Positions 27,083 to 38,573 of a stretch of DNA of 64,000 nucleotides are shown here, in pieces. The DNA comes from Calcarisporiella thermophila CBS 279.70 (Eukaryota; Fungi; Calcarisporiellomycota): positions 186,757 to 250,756 of the forward strand of contig NW_027192216.1 in the NCBI RefSeq assembly GCF_041956535.1, given 5' to 3'. The translations under genes were made by a program, and so were the position numbers. Below the pieces are notes generated by a model. The model made no database searches. It was not told the DNA's origin and saw nothing but the letters and a program-made list of their open reading frames with translations. The stretch's first letter is position 1. Each line of letters begins with the position of its first letter.

Positions 27083-27481
27083 ATGTCAGTCCGATTGCCC
27101 CGAATGGCCATTCTTACGCTCTTCCATAATCCCCGATGCTCCAAGTCTCGCGCCGCCCTTCAGCTCATTCAGAAAGAAGTAGAAAAACACGAGGATCTTG
27201 GCAACCCTATCGAGCTGGAGGTCGTGGAGTATCTCAAAAATCCCCCCACCGAGACTCAGTTGCGCAATATTGCCGAATTCATGGGTGGCGACAAGGGAGT
27301 TAAAGCCATGCTGAGGCCCGATGCTCCCAACGCCGAGACTGTGGAGGACATGATCCGGCTAGTACAGGAAGACCCCTCGCGATTGGAAAGGCCACTGGCT
27401 GTAGATTGGAATCGCGGCTGTGCAGCGATTGGGAGACCTCCTGAAAATATTCTCAAGATAGTGAAAGGAATCACGGAATAA
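27083..27481 (+). CDS. arsC: ArsC/YfgD-family (glutaredoxin-type) arsenate reductase-like protein
   Basis: Intronless. HNPRCSKSR, EVVEYLKNPP, MLR, PSRLERP and IGRPPE match the bacterial ArsC/YfgD signature, with the catalytic Cys and three Arg retained. The start may be 27104. Confidence 0.85.
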   Translation: MSVRLPRMAILTLFHNPRCSKSRAALQLIQKEVEKHEDLGNPIELEVVEYLKNPPTETQLRNIAEFMGGDKGVKAMLRPDAPNAETVEDMIRLVQEDPSRLERPLAVDWNRGCAAIGRPPENILKIVKGITE

Positions 27482-27944
27482 TTGATCGGGGTGTGAGAGG
27501 AGGGAATAAGTCAAGGTCAATGCTTTGTCCCTTTGTGTGTTACTCTTTCTCTATTTTTGAGGTAACTTGTCATTTTTGTCAACATCAACCAAAATTTGGA
27601 AATAGATTAGTTTTTGAATATCTCTCGTGCTTGGAAAGGGGCTTTCTTTTCTAGACAGAGTCGGCTGCATAGAACTTCCTCCAGTGGAAAACTTTGGTTT
27701 TCCAATATCTTCGCCTTGGGGGAAACTAGACCGTTTCATATCTTTATTTGAAACTCCTTTGTTTGTATTCGATTTCCGTACAATTTTTTGGTTTCTCTTC
27801 CTCTAATCTGTTGGTTGGATTCTTGTTGGTCTCTTGTCCTTCATTTGTTGTCATTTTTTTCTTCAAAATTATTTATTCGTTACACATAAACCCCATCTTC
27901 CCCATCATCCTCACATAGATCTCATCCATCACATAAAGAGGCCG

Positions 27945-29143
27945 ATGGCATCGCCTTTCAACAATAAGGGTTTATATAATTTGCTTTCCAACCAGGACGA
28001 AAAGCATATGCTCCCGACTACCAATGGCAAGTTCCCACACCGTGAGTACCTTGATTTAGCCCTCCCCCTGGTGCACCGATGTGAGCTCCCACCCTCATCA
28101 TCCCCCATTCTACTCCCCATTTTTCTGTAGCTCGATCCTCGGTAAAAATATCGGCTAGACAGCTCAGTTTGGTTATCCTCACAGTGCAGAATGCATCCCT
28201 TGCGCTTATGATGCGATACTCCCGCATTGTACAGCGCCCCGATCAACCCATGTATCTTGCATCGACTGCAGTCTTTCTTACAGAGGTCGTAAAGATTGTC
28301 GCCTGTCTTGCCGTGCTCTTTTACCAACAGCGCACCATTTCCCGCTTTCTCTCGACATGGAATCGTGAGATTCTAAAACGGCCCACGGAGACCATGAAGA
28401 TGATGATACCTGCTGGTCTCTATGCCCTACAAAATAATCTGCTCTACGTCGCCATCTCGAACTTGGAAACGGCCACATTTCAAGTGACCTATCAACTAAA
28501 AATTCTCTCCACCGCCGTATTCTCTGTTGTTCTACTCGGTCGATCCATTTCACGCGGGAAATGGGTGGCACTTGTGCTCCTAATGTTGGGAGTAACCCTG
28601 GTCCAATTGCAAACAGTTACCTCTGGCTCCTCCTCCTCCTCCTCCTCCGCTTCCCTCCTCAAAAGCCAGAATCCCATTATTGGCCTGTTGGCAGTGCTAT
28701 CCGCCTGTGTTTCTTCAGGATTTGCAGGTTGCTACTTTGAGAAGATTCTAAAATCAAGCGAGACGAGCATGTGGGTTCGCAACATCCAACTGGGTCTCGC
28801 CTCGCTTCCCCTCACTCTGATGGGGATGTTTTATGATTGGGACGCAATCAAGGAGGGCGGTATACTCCAGGGCTATGATGCAATGACTTGGGGGGTGGTC
28901 CTGAACCAAGCTATCGGAGGGTTGCTAGTGGCCATTGTGGTGAAATATGCCGACAATATTTTAAAGGGCTTCGCTACCTCATTGTCGATCATCATCTCCA
29001 GCATCGTCAGCATATACCTCTTCGGCTTTCAAGTTACCCTAGAGTTCACAACCGGCGCCACCATCGTAATGATCGCGACTTTTCTCTACGGTCGACCGGA
29101 AAATAAGCCCATGTCTATAGGGGTGATGAAGCAAGAAAAGTAA
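27945..29143 (+). CDS. UDP-galactose / nucleotide-sugar transporter (SLC35A, Gms1-like), 2 exons
   Basis: LTVQNAS..LMMRYSR, STAVFLTEVVKI, PAGLYALQNNLLYVA, TFQVTYQLKILSTA, SGFAGCYFEKILK, SMWVRNIQL, VVKYADNILKGFATS. Confidence 0.9.
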
Positions 29144-31267
29144 CGTGCAATATAGGTTGTTATTGTTCTTTTTTTATGTGTAATTTGATCATGTTCCGAT
29201 TTTCCTTCTCTCCTCTTCCCCTCACGCTTTTTTTTTCCTACTCTTTTTTCCTTACTTATACATACATATATATTACTAGGTTTATATTTTCCTTTTTTAG
29301 ATTCTATATTTTTTCCTTCCTCTTCCAACTCTTATTTCTTGTATAATTATAATCCCAGTGCCGCCACATTACTTAAGGTGAAGAGTCTTGGATTTTTCTC
29401 AGCCATTAAAATGTAATACCCCACACCGCTCAAAAAAGAATAAACAGACTCTCGCGATTTTAGAAGAATGGCCGGGCAAATGGCTGAGCTGTTGCAGGTA
29501 TGGGCAAGGAGGATGGTGCGGTGACTTGGATAAGCCGCCTATGGAAAAATGTGGGCCAAATGGGTACAATGAAACTCTCCAGATGATAGAACTCTATGAT
29601 GACAGCACCTGGTAGTAGAAACTAGGAGTAGGCTAACTATAATTAATATTGCCAAGAACTGTATCAGTGTCTTGAAACACCATCCTTGACCGGCGCAGTG
29701 CCAAAAACAGATTGTGAACGAGCCGGTGGAGGCAGAGCGAGGCGGACTTTCCGTGAATGGAGATCTTGGCTGACGTGGTGAGAGCAGGAAGAAGTTGGGA
29801 AGGGAAGGGCGAACTAGAAAACATAAACCAAGGGAATACCCAAGCTTTGGAACAGAATCTGAGAGCACAACCACCATTTCTGCTTACAAATGCAGAAAGG
29901 CAGCAAAGCAAGCTAGTCGAGGGTTGAGCTACTCAGCTAGGGCTAGCGTCGCCGGATTACAAAGAGGATTGAACAAAAGACCTAAACTCCATAAGCAATA
30001 GACTCGAGAGACCATACGCAAAGGGCACGCTCATTTAGGCCTAGCTCCTTGGTCATCTATACCATACCTTTCCAGCATAGCTGGTATTAAAAATAATTGA
30101 GACCCAAGGTTGGAGAGGATTAGGCCTATCGGCAAGGGTCTCAAACCAACAACTCAAGCAAATCAAATGCCATAGAGCGAGCCTACTGGCGGGCGATTAT
30201 TCCACGCACGGACCCTCCTCTGAAACCTAGATGATGGCGATATCATCCGATTGGAGTGATTTTGCCGATTTTTCTCTCTGGCTCATATGTTGCTTGTTAC
30301 AGCTGAACGCTTCAATGGCAACCTTTCCCGGAATAATAATAGGCCATCCTAGTAGTATGTTTCGACCTCACTAAGGCCTGGACTAGTGCCATTCTAATCT
30401 GGCTGTTCTGTATTTTGTTGGCCCCGTGTATGCCTTTAACTCTTCCCCCCCTCCCCCCCGGGAATAAGCAGGGTCACCAAGGAGATTGGTGAGGAGAGTC
30501 GGTGGGAAGTAGCAAAACCCGAGAGGGAGAAAAAAATAAAAAATCGCGACTAGCGTTGTCAAACCCTCCAATGCACCTTGCGATTCACGTGTTTGCATAC
30601 CTATGAAGTCTTACGAGCGCATGGCCACCTTAGTGCTCGCGAGTCTTAGCAAATGGGACACCGAAAAAGGCGGCGGCCATTGCGCTGGCGTGTGTTCTTG
30701 GTGACTTTCCCAGGACTTGGTACGATTACGAGTCGTGATCGGGAAGCTAGGGGCAGGTTCTACTTGCCTAATCCATCATGACTCCGGTTTATCTAAGGTG
30801 GTACATCATAGAACGCAGTGTTCAGGGACAAGAGTTCTACCGAATCCTAATGTTCATGGGAGAATCTGACCGTTGTTCAGGTGAAATCCCTCCCCTCGGC
30901 CGAACTGAGGCCGTCTTATCTAGACATGCCTCCCCCCCTTAAATGGCCCCAACTGGGCAAAATTTTCGAGACATGGTTCATAATCGTGCGGAACAGCGCT
31001 AGTCAGGCTAAAACCCAAGCTGACGGACCACTCATCGTGAATCTCATTCGCCCTCCTCGTCAACAACCGCACTCCCCCTAATTTTCTTGTGAAATTACTT
31101 AATGCGTCAAACACTCTCTTCAACAGCCTCTAAACTAAATTTGCCATTATCAACAAACATATAAAGCAAGCGGCACCGAGAGAAATCTCAAAATTAAACC
31201 CACTCCCTCCTCCTGATTTTCTTAAGGTACTCCTCCACATTCATTAAATCACTTTTCACTCCTTACA

Positions 31268-32559
31268 ATGCGCACCTTCAACATCCTCCTTCTTGCTTGT
31301 TACGCCGCCCTCGTCAGTGCCGTGGACATCGAGACTCCTCTCAACTCCCAGGCCGTTGACAGCGACGGCTTCATCGTCGTCTTCAAGCAAGGCGTCTCAC
31401 GTGCCGCCGTGCCTCAGTCGATGCTCCAAGGAGAGGACGTCAAGTCGCACCGCATCGGCGAATTCCGTGCCGTCACCGGTAAACTCAATTCCGAGTCAAT
31501 CCAGGCACTAAAGGACAGTCCACTTGTCCAACACATCGAACGCGACGTCAAATTCTCCGCCAAGACCGTCCAGAGCAATGCTCCATGGGGCCTGGCAAGG
31601 ATCTCCCAGAGAAACAGACTGAGCAGCTCCAACGTTAACCAGTACCTTTACGACCCCAATGGTGGTCAAGGCATCTCTGTTTACATCATGGACTCGGGCA
31701 TCAATGTCCAGCACGAAGAGTTCGAGGGTCGCGCAGTAAGTAGTCTATGATTTCCCTCTTGGCGAATCCACTCCCGCCATCGACCAGTCCGCTAACTCGT
31801 ACGTTGATTGAATTATAGCGTATGGGAACGACCTTCTATAAAAACAGCTTTGATGACTACGGGCACGGAACCCACGTGGCTGGCATCGTCGCCGGCAAGA
31901 CTTACGGTGTTGCCAAGCGTGCACAGGTTGTGTCCGTTAAGGTGTTGGACTCGCAAGGGAATGGTATGACGAGCACCCTCTTGGCTGGCCTGGATTGGGT
32001 TAATCGTAATGCGGTAAGTGCTGGGCAAATGACCAAGTTTCAGAGTGAAACAAGACGCTGAGACATTTTATATGATTGGCAGGATAAGGATAGAAGCATC
32101 GTGAACATGTCTCTTGGCGGGCCCATCAGTAATGCTCTGAACATGGCTATCGAGGCTGCGGTTGCAAACAACACCATCGTGATCGCAGCGGCAGGAAACG
32201 AGAACGTCGACGCCTGTACCACTTCGCCCTCCACCGCCAGAGGGGTGATCTCCGTGGCCGCCACCGACATTAACGACCGCCGTTCCTCCTTCTCCAACTA
32301 TGGCCGATGCACTGATCTGTTTGCCCCCGGCTCCAAGATCCCCTCTGCATACATCGGATCGAACACTGAAGTGAAAATCATGTCTGGCACTTCCATGGCC
32401 GCCCCCCATGTTGCCGGCGTAGCTGCCATGCTGTTGAACCGCGAGGGGCCGATCTCTCCTTCCGGCATGCTCACTCGACTCACCAACATCGCCACCAAGA
32501 ACGCCATTTGGAATGCCCAAGGCACGCCCAACCTAATGCTCTATGAGAGGTTTGAGTAA
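31268..32559 (+). CDS. Secreted subtilisin-like S8 (proteinase K-type) protease with I9 prodomain, copy 1, 3 exons
   Basis: Signal peptide; [14 protein letters not shown]; catalytic motifs MDSG / HGTHVAG / [11 protein letters not shown]; NMSLGG; AAAGN. Confidence 0.93.
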
Positions 32560-34015
32560 GCGAAAAAGTCAACAAGAAACTGGCGATCTTTATATGGTTT
32601 GGTCGTTTAGCTTCAACTCGAGCGCGCCTCCCCTCCCTTCCCTCTCTTTATATAATCTAGTAATGCTCAATCCATGTCATTATCCTCATTAATTAAGTTG
32701 AACCCCGTCAGCTCATTCCAGCCTACGCATTCCTACTCATATACACGATCTTATTGTGTATTCCAATATTTTAATAAATCGCTATTTTCTGCTGTAATAC
32801 TAATACCGACCCCAAAGTAAACTCGCCTCTTCATGCGAAATGCTCCTCCTCTGGAGGGTCTAGACCGGGATACTGGTCAATGCAGCACGGAGGTCCGAGC
32901 CAAGACAGGACTCTAATCACTCTCCCACGGTGTCCCGACACACATCACGAGTGAAGACTTTCTGCGCTCTCCATGGTTTTCCTCAACATGGTGATATTGT
33001 AGATTGATAAGCGTGTTTACGCGATGCAAGGCTAGACGGCTGGGCGACGAGGAGCTGGAACCCCCATTTCTGCCGATGCATTGCTGGAAACCGCTTTTCT
33101 GCGATGAGCTGTAGCCGAGACTCACTTGTTTGAGGTCAATGACCAGAGGGAGGCAGTGGAGGACCCAATGGCCGCCTCTGGGCCACAAATGTGTTGTATG
33201 CCGACGTTCCCACGAGATGTTCCCCCCCAGGGAGACTCCATGACCAAGTCGTGCCAAATATCGGCTTTGTGGGAAAATACTCTGAAATACGAGAAGCCGA
33301 TTTGCTAAACCCGCGATGCACCTCCTAACGAAGCTCTCTCATAGTCATGCTAGCGCTCGATTCTCCACAATTAGGCAGCCTTCGGCATAGAAGTAACCAG
33401 AGAGAAGGAGAGAGCACACACAGTCCTATGCAGAACTTGGCCACCAGTGGCGGGGATTGATGGGCGATCCTCCTTGGAGGCAAGAAGGAGAGCATTGGAT
33501 GTTGCATATACATTTCACACGACGAAAGCCAGCGTGCGATGGATGTCGTCAATCAGGAGAAAGCCACGCGTTTTCGATCGAACCCTCATCCATATCGGGG
33601 TTGGATCGCGAGGAAAGGTGGCCTTGGAACCCATCTAAGTCGCATTGCCAGGAATTTTTTTCTTCCACCTGCCGTGCCTCCAAATAGCCACACAACTTCG
33701 GGAAGGAGGAGGTGGAGGAGCAGCTAGTCGAGCCACTCTCCCCTATAACACAACCATATTCCTCTTAAGTATTTTGGATTGCAGCATAAGGAAGGTGGAA
33801 CGCGAAACCAATGGCGAAACACGGAAAAATTTTAGCATGGTCAAACCTGAAAAGATAGGTCTGGCGAAACATGAAATTTTTCCATATACGGCAACGGCCA
33901 TAATTTCGGGGACGGTCGTTAGGCCCTTAGCAGCCATTATATAAAGACTCCTCCATAGGAGTAGTGAGCCAAAGAGAAAAGAACAAAGCCATTGTTTTCG
34001 CTTCACTGAATTGAC

Positions 34016-35393
34016 ATGAACTTCTTTAAATACTTCTTTTTTATTTGGTGCTTGGTGGCGGCGATCCACGCCGTTCCTGTAGAATCTCCCGTCAGTGCTC
34101 AGGCTGCCGGCGACCGCTATGTTGTTGTCATGAAACAGGGCATCTCTCGCGCTGCAGCCGACTTACCCGTTTTCAAGGACAAAGGTGTCAAAAAGGTCAC
34201 TATTGGCGACTTCCAGGCTGTCACCGGAAAATTCGACCCCGAATCCCTCAAGACCGTGAAGAGCAACCCGATGGTGCAGTTTGTTGAAAAGGACGTCGTG
34301 TACTCGGCGTCCTGGGTTCAAAAAAACGCTCCTTGGGGCCTCGCCAGAATCACCCAAAGGGAAAAATTGGCCGCTGGTGCGGAGAGACAATACTTTTACG
34401 ATCCAAAGGGTGGAGAGGGCATTACCGCCTACGTGATGGACTCGGGAGTCAACATTCACCATCAGGAATTCGAAGGCCGTGCAGTAAGTTGAAGCTTTGG
34501 AAATGCGTGTTGACTGGTCCGATTCAATCGATCCCTAACCATGGTTTATTTTTGACAACAGAGTGTGGGTGTCACCTATTTCGATTATGACCTGGACGAT
34601 CTGGGCCACGGCACCCATGTTGCTGGGATCATTGGTGGCAAAACTTATGGCGTCGCGAAGAAAGTAAAGATCGTGTCGGTCAAGGTACTAGACAAGAATG
34701 GGAATGGTTATTTAAGCACGATCCTCGCTGGAATAGAATGGGTGAACCGCAACGCGGTATGCATTTCCAAACTGAATCGCTCTACTAGGGAACAACGAAC
34801 TAATAGCATTAATTATAATATTAGAGAAAAGGCAGAAGCGTAGTGAACATGTCACTCGGAGGACCTAGAAGTGATGCTTTGAACCAGGCCGTGGAAGCAG
34901 TAAGTGGAAGTTGGACATGGAGTAATTTTTGAGAGACCACTGATCTCTTACCTCTAATGAATGATAGGCTATTGCAAACAATACCATCATAGTCGCTGCT
35001 GCCGGAAATAGTAACGTGGACACATGCGGCTTTTCTCCAGCATCGGGCAAAGGAGTCATCTCCGTTGCCGCAACTGATATCAACGATAGACGTGCTAGTT
35101 ACTCGAACTTTGGATCGCAATGTACAAGCCTGTTCGCCCCTGGGTCCCAAATCACCTCTGCGTATATCGGGTCCAACACTGCAGTGAGAGACGCGTCAGG
35201 AACATCCATGGCTTCCCCACACGTTGCAGGAGGTGTCGCCGTAATACTTGCGCGGGAGGGACTACTTACTCCATACGGTGCCCTCCAAAGCCTGAGGAAA
35301 AAGGCAACCAGGAACGCAATAGCTGATGCTAAGGGCACACCCAATCTTCTGCTCTACGTGAAGAACCCGCTTGCCGACATCTGTAAATATTAA
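34016..35393 (+). CDS. Secreted subtilisin-like S8 protease, copy 2, 4 exons
   Basis: Signal peptide; [14 protein letters not shown]; MDSG / HGTHVAG / [11 protein letters not shown]. Clear paralog of copy 1. Confidence 0.93.
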
Positions 35394-36316
35394 AATATAA
35401 TTTAGTTAGACGTATTTAAATTATATTTTAACCCTCTTCTCTAGTACCAATCAATCGCACACCAGTGCATGGTGCTTAACCTTTGTCACTCCTCTCTCCT
35501 TTTCTGTATATGTGATCGATAATCAGTATAGCCCTTGTATAAAACAACCAAGCGACCTTGTATCATGATTGTACCACCACTGTATGCTGTTTATATTCCA
35601 AGAAATATATTTCATACTTCCAATCATTGAGATGGGTTTGCGTGCCCTTTCCCATTTCTGCTTGTATTCCTACTTCCAATGTGTCTTCAGTCATTGCCTT
35701 TAGATCGCGAAAAGCAAATCAATGAGATAAATATATTTGACGATAGTATTATTATACCCTCGGCCAAAATTTCCCATCTTTGCTATTTATGACTTTTAAA
35801 TGCTCCGGACAATAATATCGTGAAGGAGCATAGTGCATTATCAGACGATACCTTGTATTTTCTCGTGATAGCCAAATATTTGCTAGTAACTTGGTAGATT
35901 TGTCCAAGGTTTATTCAGGCGCACCTGATGTATTGTTCCAATCTATTGTTCCAATGATCACCGAGACTCGGGTAATCGAAAAAGGCGGGCATTCTTCATT
36001 CCTCACCTGCGACTATTACAGTTTGAACTGAGTTGATCGAAGAGCTGACAATTCTTTCAATAGTTGTTTTTCGCTATAGAGCATGACGCCGAAGGATTCT
36101 ATGCCTCGGTTCCCTTTGGTTTCTAGTCCAGCTCTTAAAACTTTTGATTTTATTTATAATAAAAATGCTGTTGATTGTGAGAAAAAATTAATCAAAGCTC
36201 ACGAATAGTCCAAAAAATTGATGCCAAAAGATCCGAGATGAAAATAGTCTATCGTATTAAGGGTTATAGTAATAAATAATTCTTTCTCTTTGAAAATGTC
36301 TCAGGATGAAGACTAG

Positions 36317-37135
36317 TTTTTTTTTTTTTTTTTGATCAATCAATGGAAACTTTTTATTTAATTTCCATATATTACATGAAGTTAATGTCAATGGACTTAA
36401 CATAACGAGATATAGGTCCTTGGTCGATAGGCGTTCAATCGATATGCGTGTATCGTAGTTGACGTGAATAGCATGTACGTGAAACCNNNNNNNNNNNNNN
36501 NNNNNNNNNNNNNNNNNNNNNNNNNNNNNNNNNNNNNNNNNNNNNNNNNNNNNNNNNNNNNNNNNNNNNNNNNNNNNNNNNNNNNNNNNNNNNNNNNNNN
36601 NNNNNNNNNNNNNNNNNNNNNNNNNNNNNNNNNNNNNNNNNNNNNNNNNNNNNNNNNNNNNNNNNNNNNNNNNNNNNNNNNNNNNNNNNNNNNNNNNNNN
36701 NNNNNNNNNNNNNNNNNNNNNNNNNNNNNNNNNNNNNNNNNNNNNNNNNNNNNNNNNNNNNNNNNNNNNNNNNNNNNNNNNNNNNNNNNNNNNNNNNNNN
36801 NNNNNNNNNNNNNNNNNNNNNNNNNNNNNNNNNNNNNNNNNNNNNNNNNNNNNNNNNNNNNNNNNNNNNNNNNNNNNNNNNNNNNNNNNNNNNNNNNNNN
36901 NNNNNNNNNNNNNNNNNNNNNNNNNNNNNNNNNNNNNNNNNNNNNNNNNNNNNNNNNNNNNNNNNNNNNNNNNNNNNNNNNNNNNNNNNNNNNNNNNNNN
37001 NNNNNNNNNNNNNNNNNNNNNNNNNNNNNNNNNNNNNNNNNNNNNNNNNNNNNNNNNNNNNNNNNNNNNNNNNNNNNNNNNNNNNNNNNNNNNNNNNNNN
37101 NNNNNNNNNNNNNNNNNNNNNNNNNNNNNNNNNNN
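36317..37135 (-). mobile_element. tRNA-derived SINE copy 1 (3' half visible at 36317-36486; the rest lies in the gap)
   Basis: T-run at 36317-36333, then sequence nearly identical to 63052-63204. AGGATGAAGAC occurs on both sides (36303-36313 and 37136-37146), a probable target-site duplication. Confidence 0.8.
36487..37135. other. Assembly gap (649 N)
   Basis: Run of n. Confidence 1.
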
Positions 37136-37212
37136 AGGATGAAGACAGTGTTCTAAATGAAATTCTAAACGGAACGCGCATTTAGAGTTTCTTAGAAAAA
37201 CTCTAAATATGA

Positions 37213-37285
37213 GCTTCGATAGCGCAGTTGGCAGCGCGTGAGTCTCATAATCTCAAGGTCGTGAGTTCGATCCTCACTCGGAGCA
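37213..37285 (+). tRNA. tRNA-Met(CAT), elongator type
   Basis: 73-nt cloverleaf: acceptor GCTTCGA/TCGGAGC, D-stem GCGC/GCGC, anticodon loop CTCATAA with the T31-T39 pair typical of eukaryotic elongator Met, T-arm GTGAG-TTCGATC-CTCAC. T-run downstream. Confidence 0.95.
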
Positions 37286-37690
37286 AATTCTTTTCACGTT
37301 TTATTTTTTCTTAGTTTATTGCTATCAAATAATATATATGCCATCTTCTAATATCTGATCATCGTAACAAATAAATTTCATTTTTCACTCTCATATTATT
37401 TGAACTAATAAACTATTAGAAACAAGACACTAACCTTAATCTCAACTGCAAGTTTTATCAATTGATTGTTTCCCTTTCACTGAAACCGAGTCTATTCACT
37501 TTCTTGATGTATTTGAGTTGAAATACATCGGAAAACTGGCCATGAAATTTGATCCGTTATTTTAGGAAGTTGTGGAATTGATATCATTAACGCGTATTAC
37601 TTTTATTCACGCTCAACTGAATCACAAAGAATCGTCTCAATTACATTACATACAACCATTGGTGACTTTCGTAAATTATAAATCCGTATA

Positions 37691-38085
37691 TTAAAATTTT
37701 AAATCGAGATCTGTCCATTGATTTTCAGCTTCTGGGGTTCCATTGAATTTGGCTGATTAAAGCATAATCCATTGATTAGAGTTCATTGGAAGATGCTGCA
37801 TAAAGAGTGAACTTACCCTCTTCTTCTTCTTCTTGTGTTGGGGGTTGCTGCTCTAAAGGAACCTCAATATCTACAAATTATGGGTGAGTAGGGCTCAAAA
37901 CATATGTCCCAAGATTGAGACTAACCATCGTCTGGCAACTCAACTTCACCATCTTCTAATGTCCCAAATACATCCACAAATCGTGATTCCACCAAATGAA
38001 CATAACTAAATTGGCTGTCCTATTATTCACAAAGAAATGAGCATTAGTGCAATTATTAACTGTGATTAGGCGGCCAATTTACCAT
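37691..38085 (-). CDS. APC13: Anaphase-promoting complex subunit 13 (Apc13/Swm1), 4 exons; not in the ORF track
   Basis: Manual splice gives M|DSQFSYVHLVESRFVDVFGTLEDGEVELPDD|DIEVPLEQQPPTQEEEEE|AKFNGTPEAENQWTDLDLKF*. It matches the Apc13 pattern MDS...YVH...LP.DD.EV...PP...W.DL.L. Confidence 0.78.
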
Positions 38086-38573
38086 GTTGGTGATATAAGT
38101 AGTATAAATCAAGCGGCAAATCAATCGTTTGAACTTCAGTTGTTGAAGGAGCTAAGCCACTCTTTGTCCATTGGAAATTTCGATCCAAGCGACAAAGACT
38201 ACGAATGAGGCAAATCGGGGATAGTGAGAAGGTATGTGAAACAATATTAGGGAGAGACTTAGCAAAGGCTTTCGGTTTTATTGTCGCTTGGCAAGGAGCT
38301 GATATATTAGGTGCCGCGTGACTGTGTTTTATTTATGAATAGGGGTTAAAGCAGGAGTAAAAGCTCAGATTAGGTTTTCACCAGTACGACCTCCCGCCAA
38401 TGACTAGGCAATATTCCGGTGCACTCGTCGAATTCAAATTGCAATTTGACAACTGATCCATAGACTCCGATGAAGTCTGACCATAGTAATAAAGGAAAAT
38501 ATAAATACAAATATGCAATTCAAACCGCTCGTATACAAAAAAAAAACGGTAGTGGTTTAACTGAAACGAAGTA

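Noticed and set aside
29340-31200. Short ORFs in the long spacers around the subtilisin genes (also 32600-34000 and 21800-23300)
   Set aside because: No recognisable domain or consistent splice pattern; treated as intergenic or regulatory DNA
35390-35431. 15-bp inverted repeat over the subtilisin-2 stop codon (also an 11-bp one at 37180-37208)
   Set aside because: Short and very AT-rich; bacterial-style terminators do not apply; no supporting context
36435-37181. Two long ORFs across the gap
   Set aside because: Artefacts of translating N
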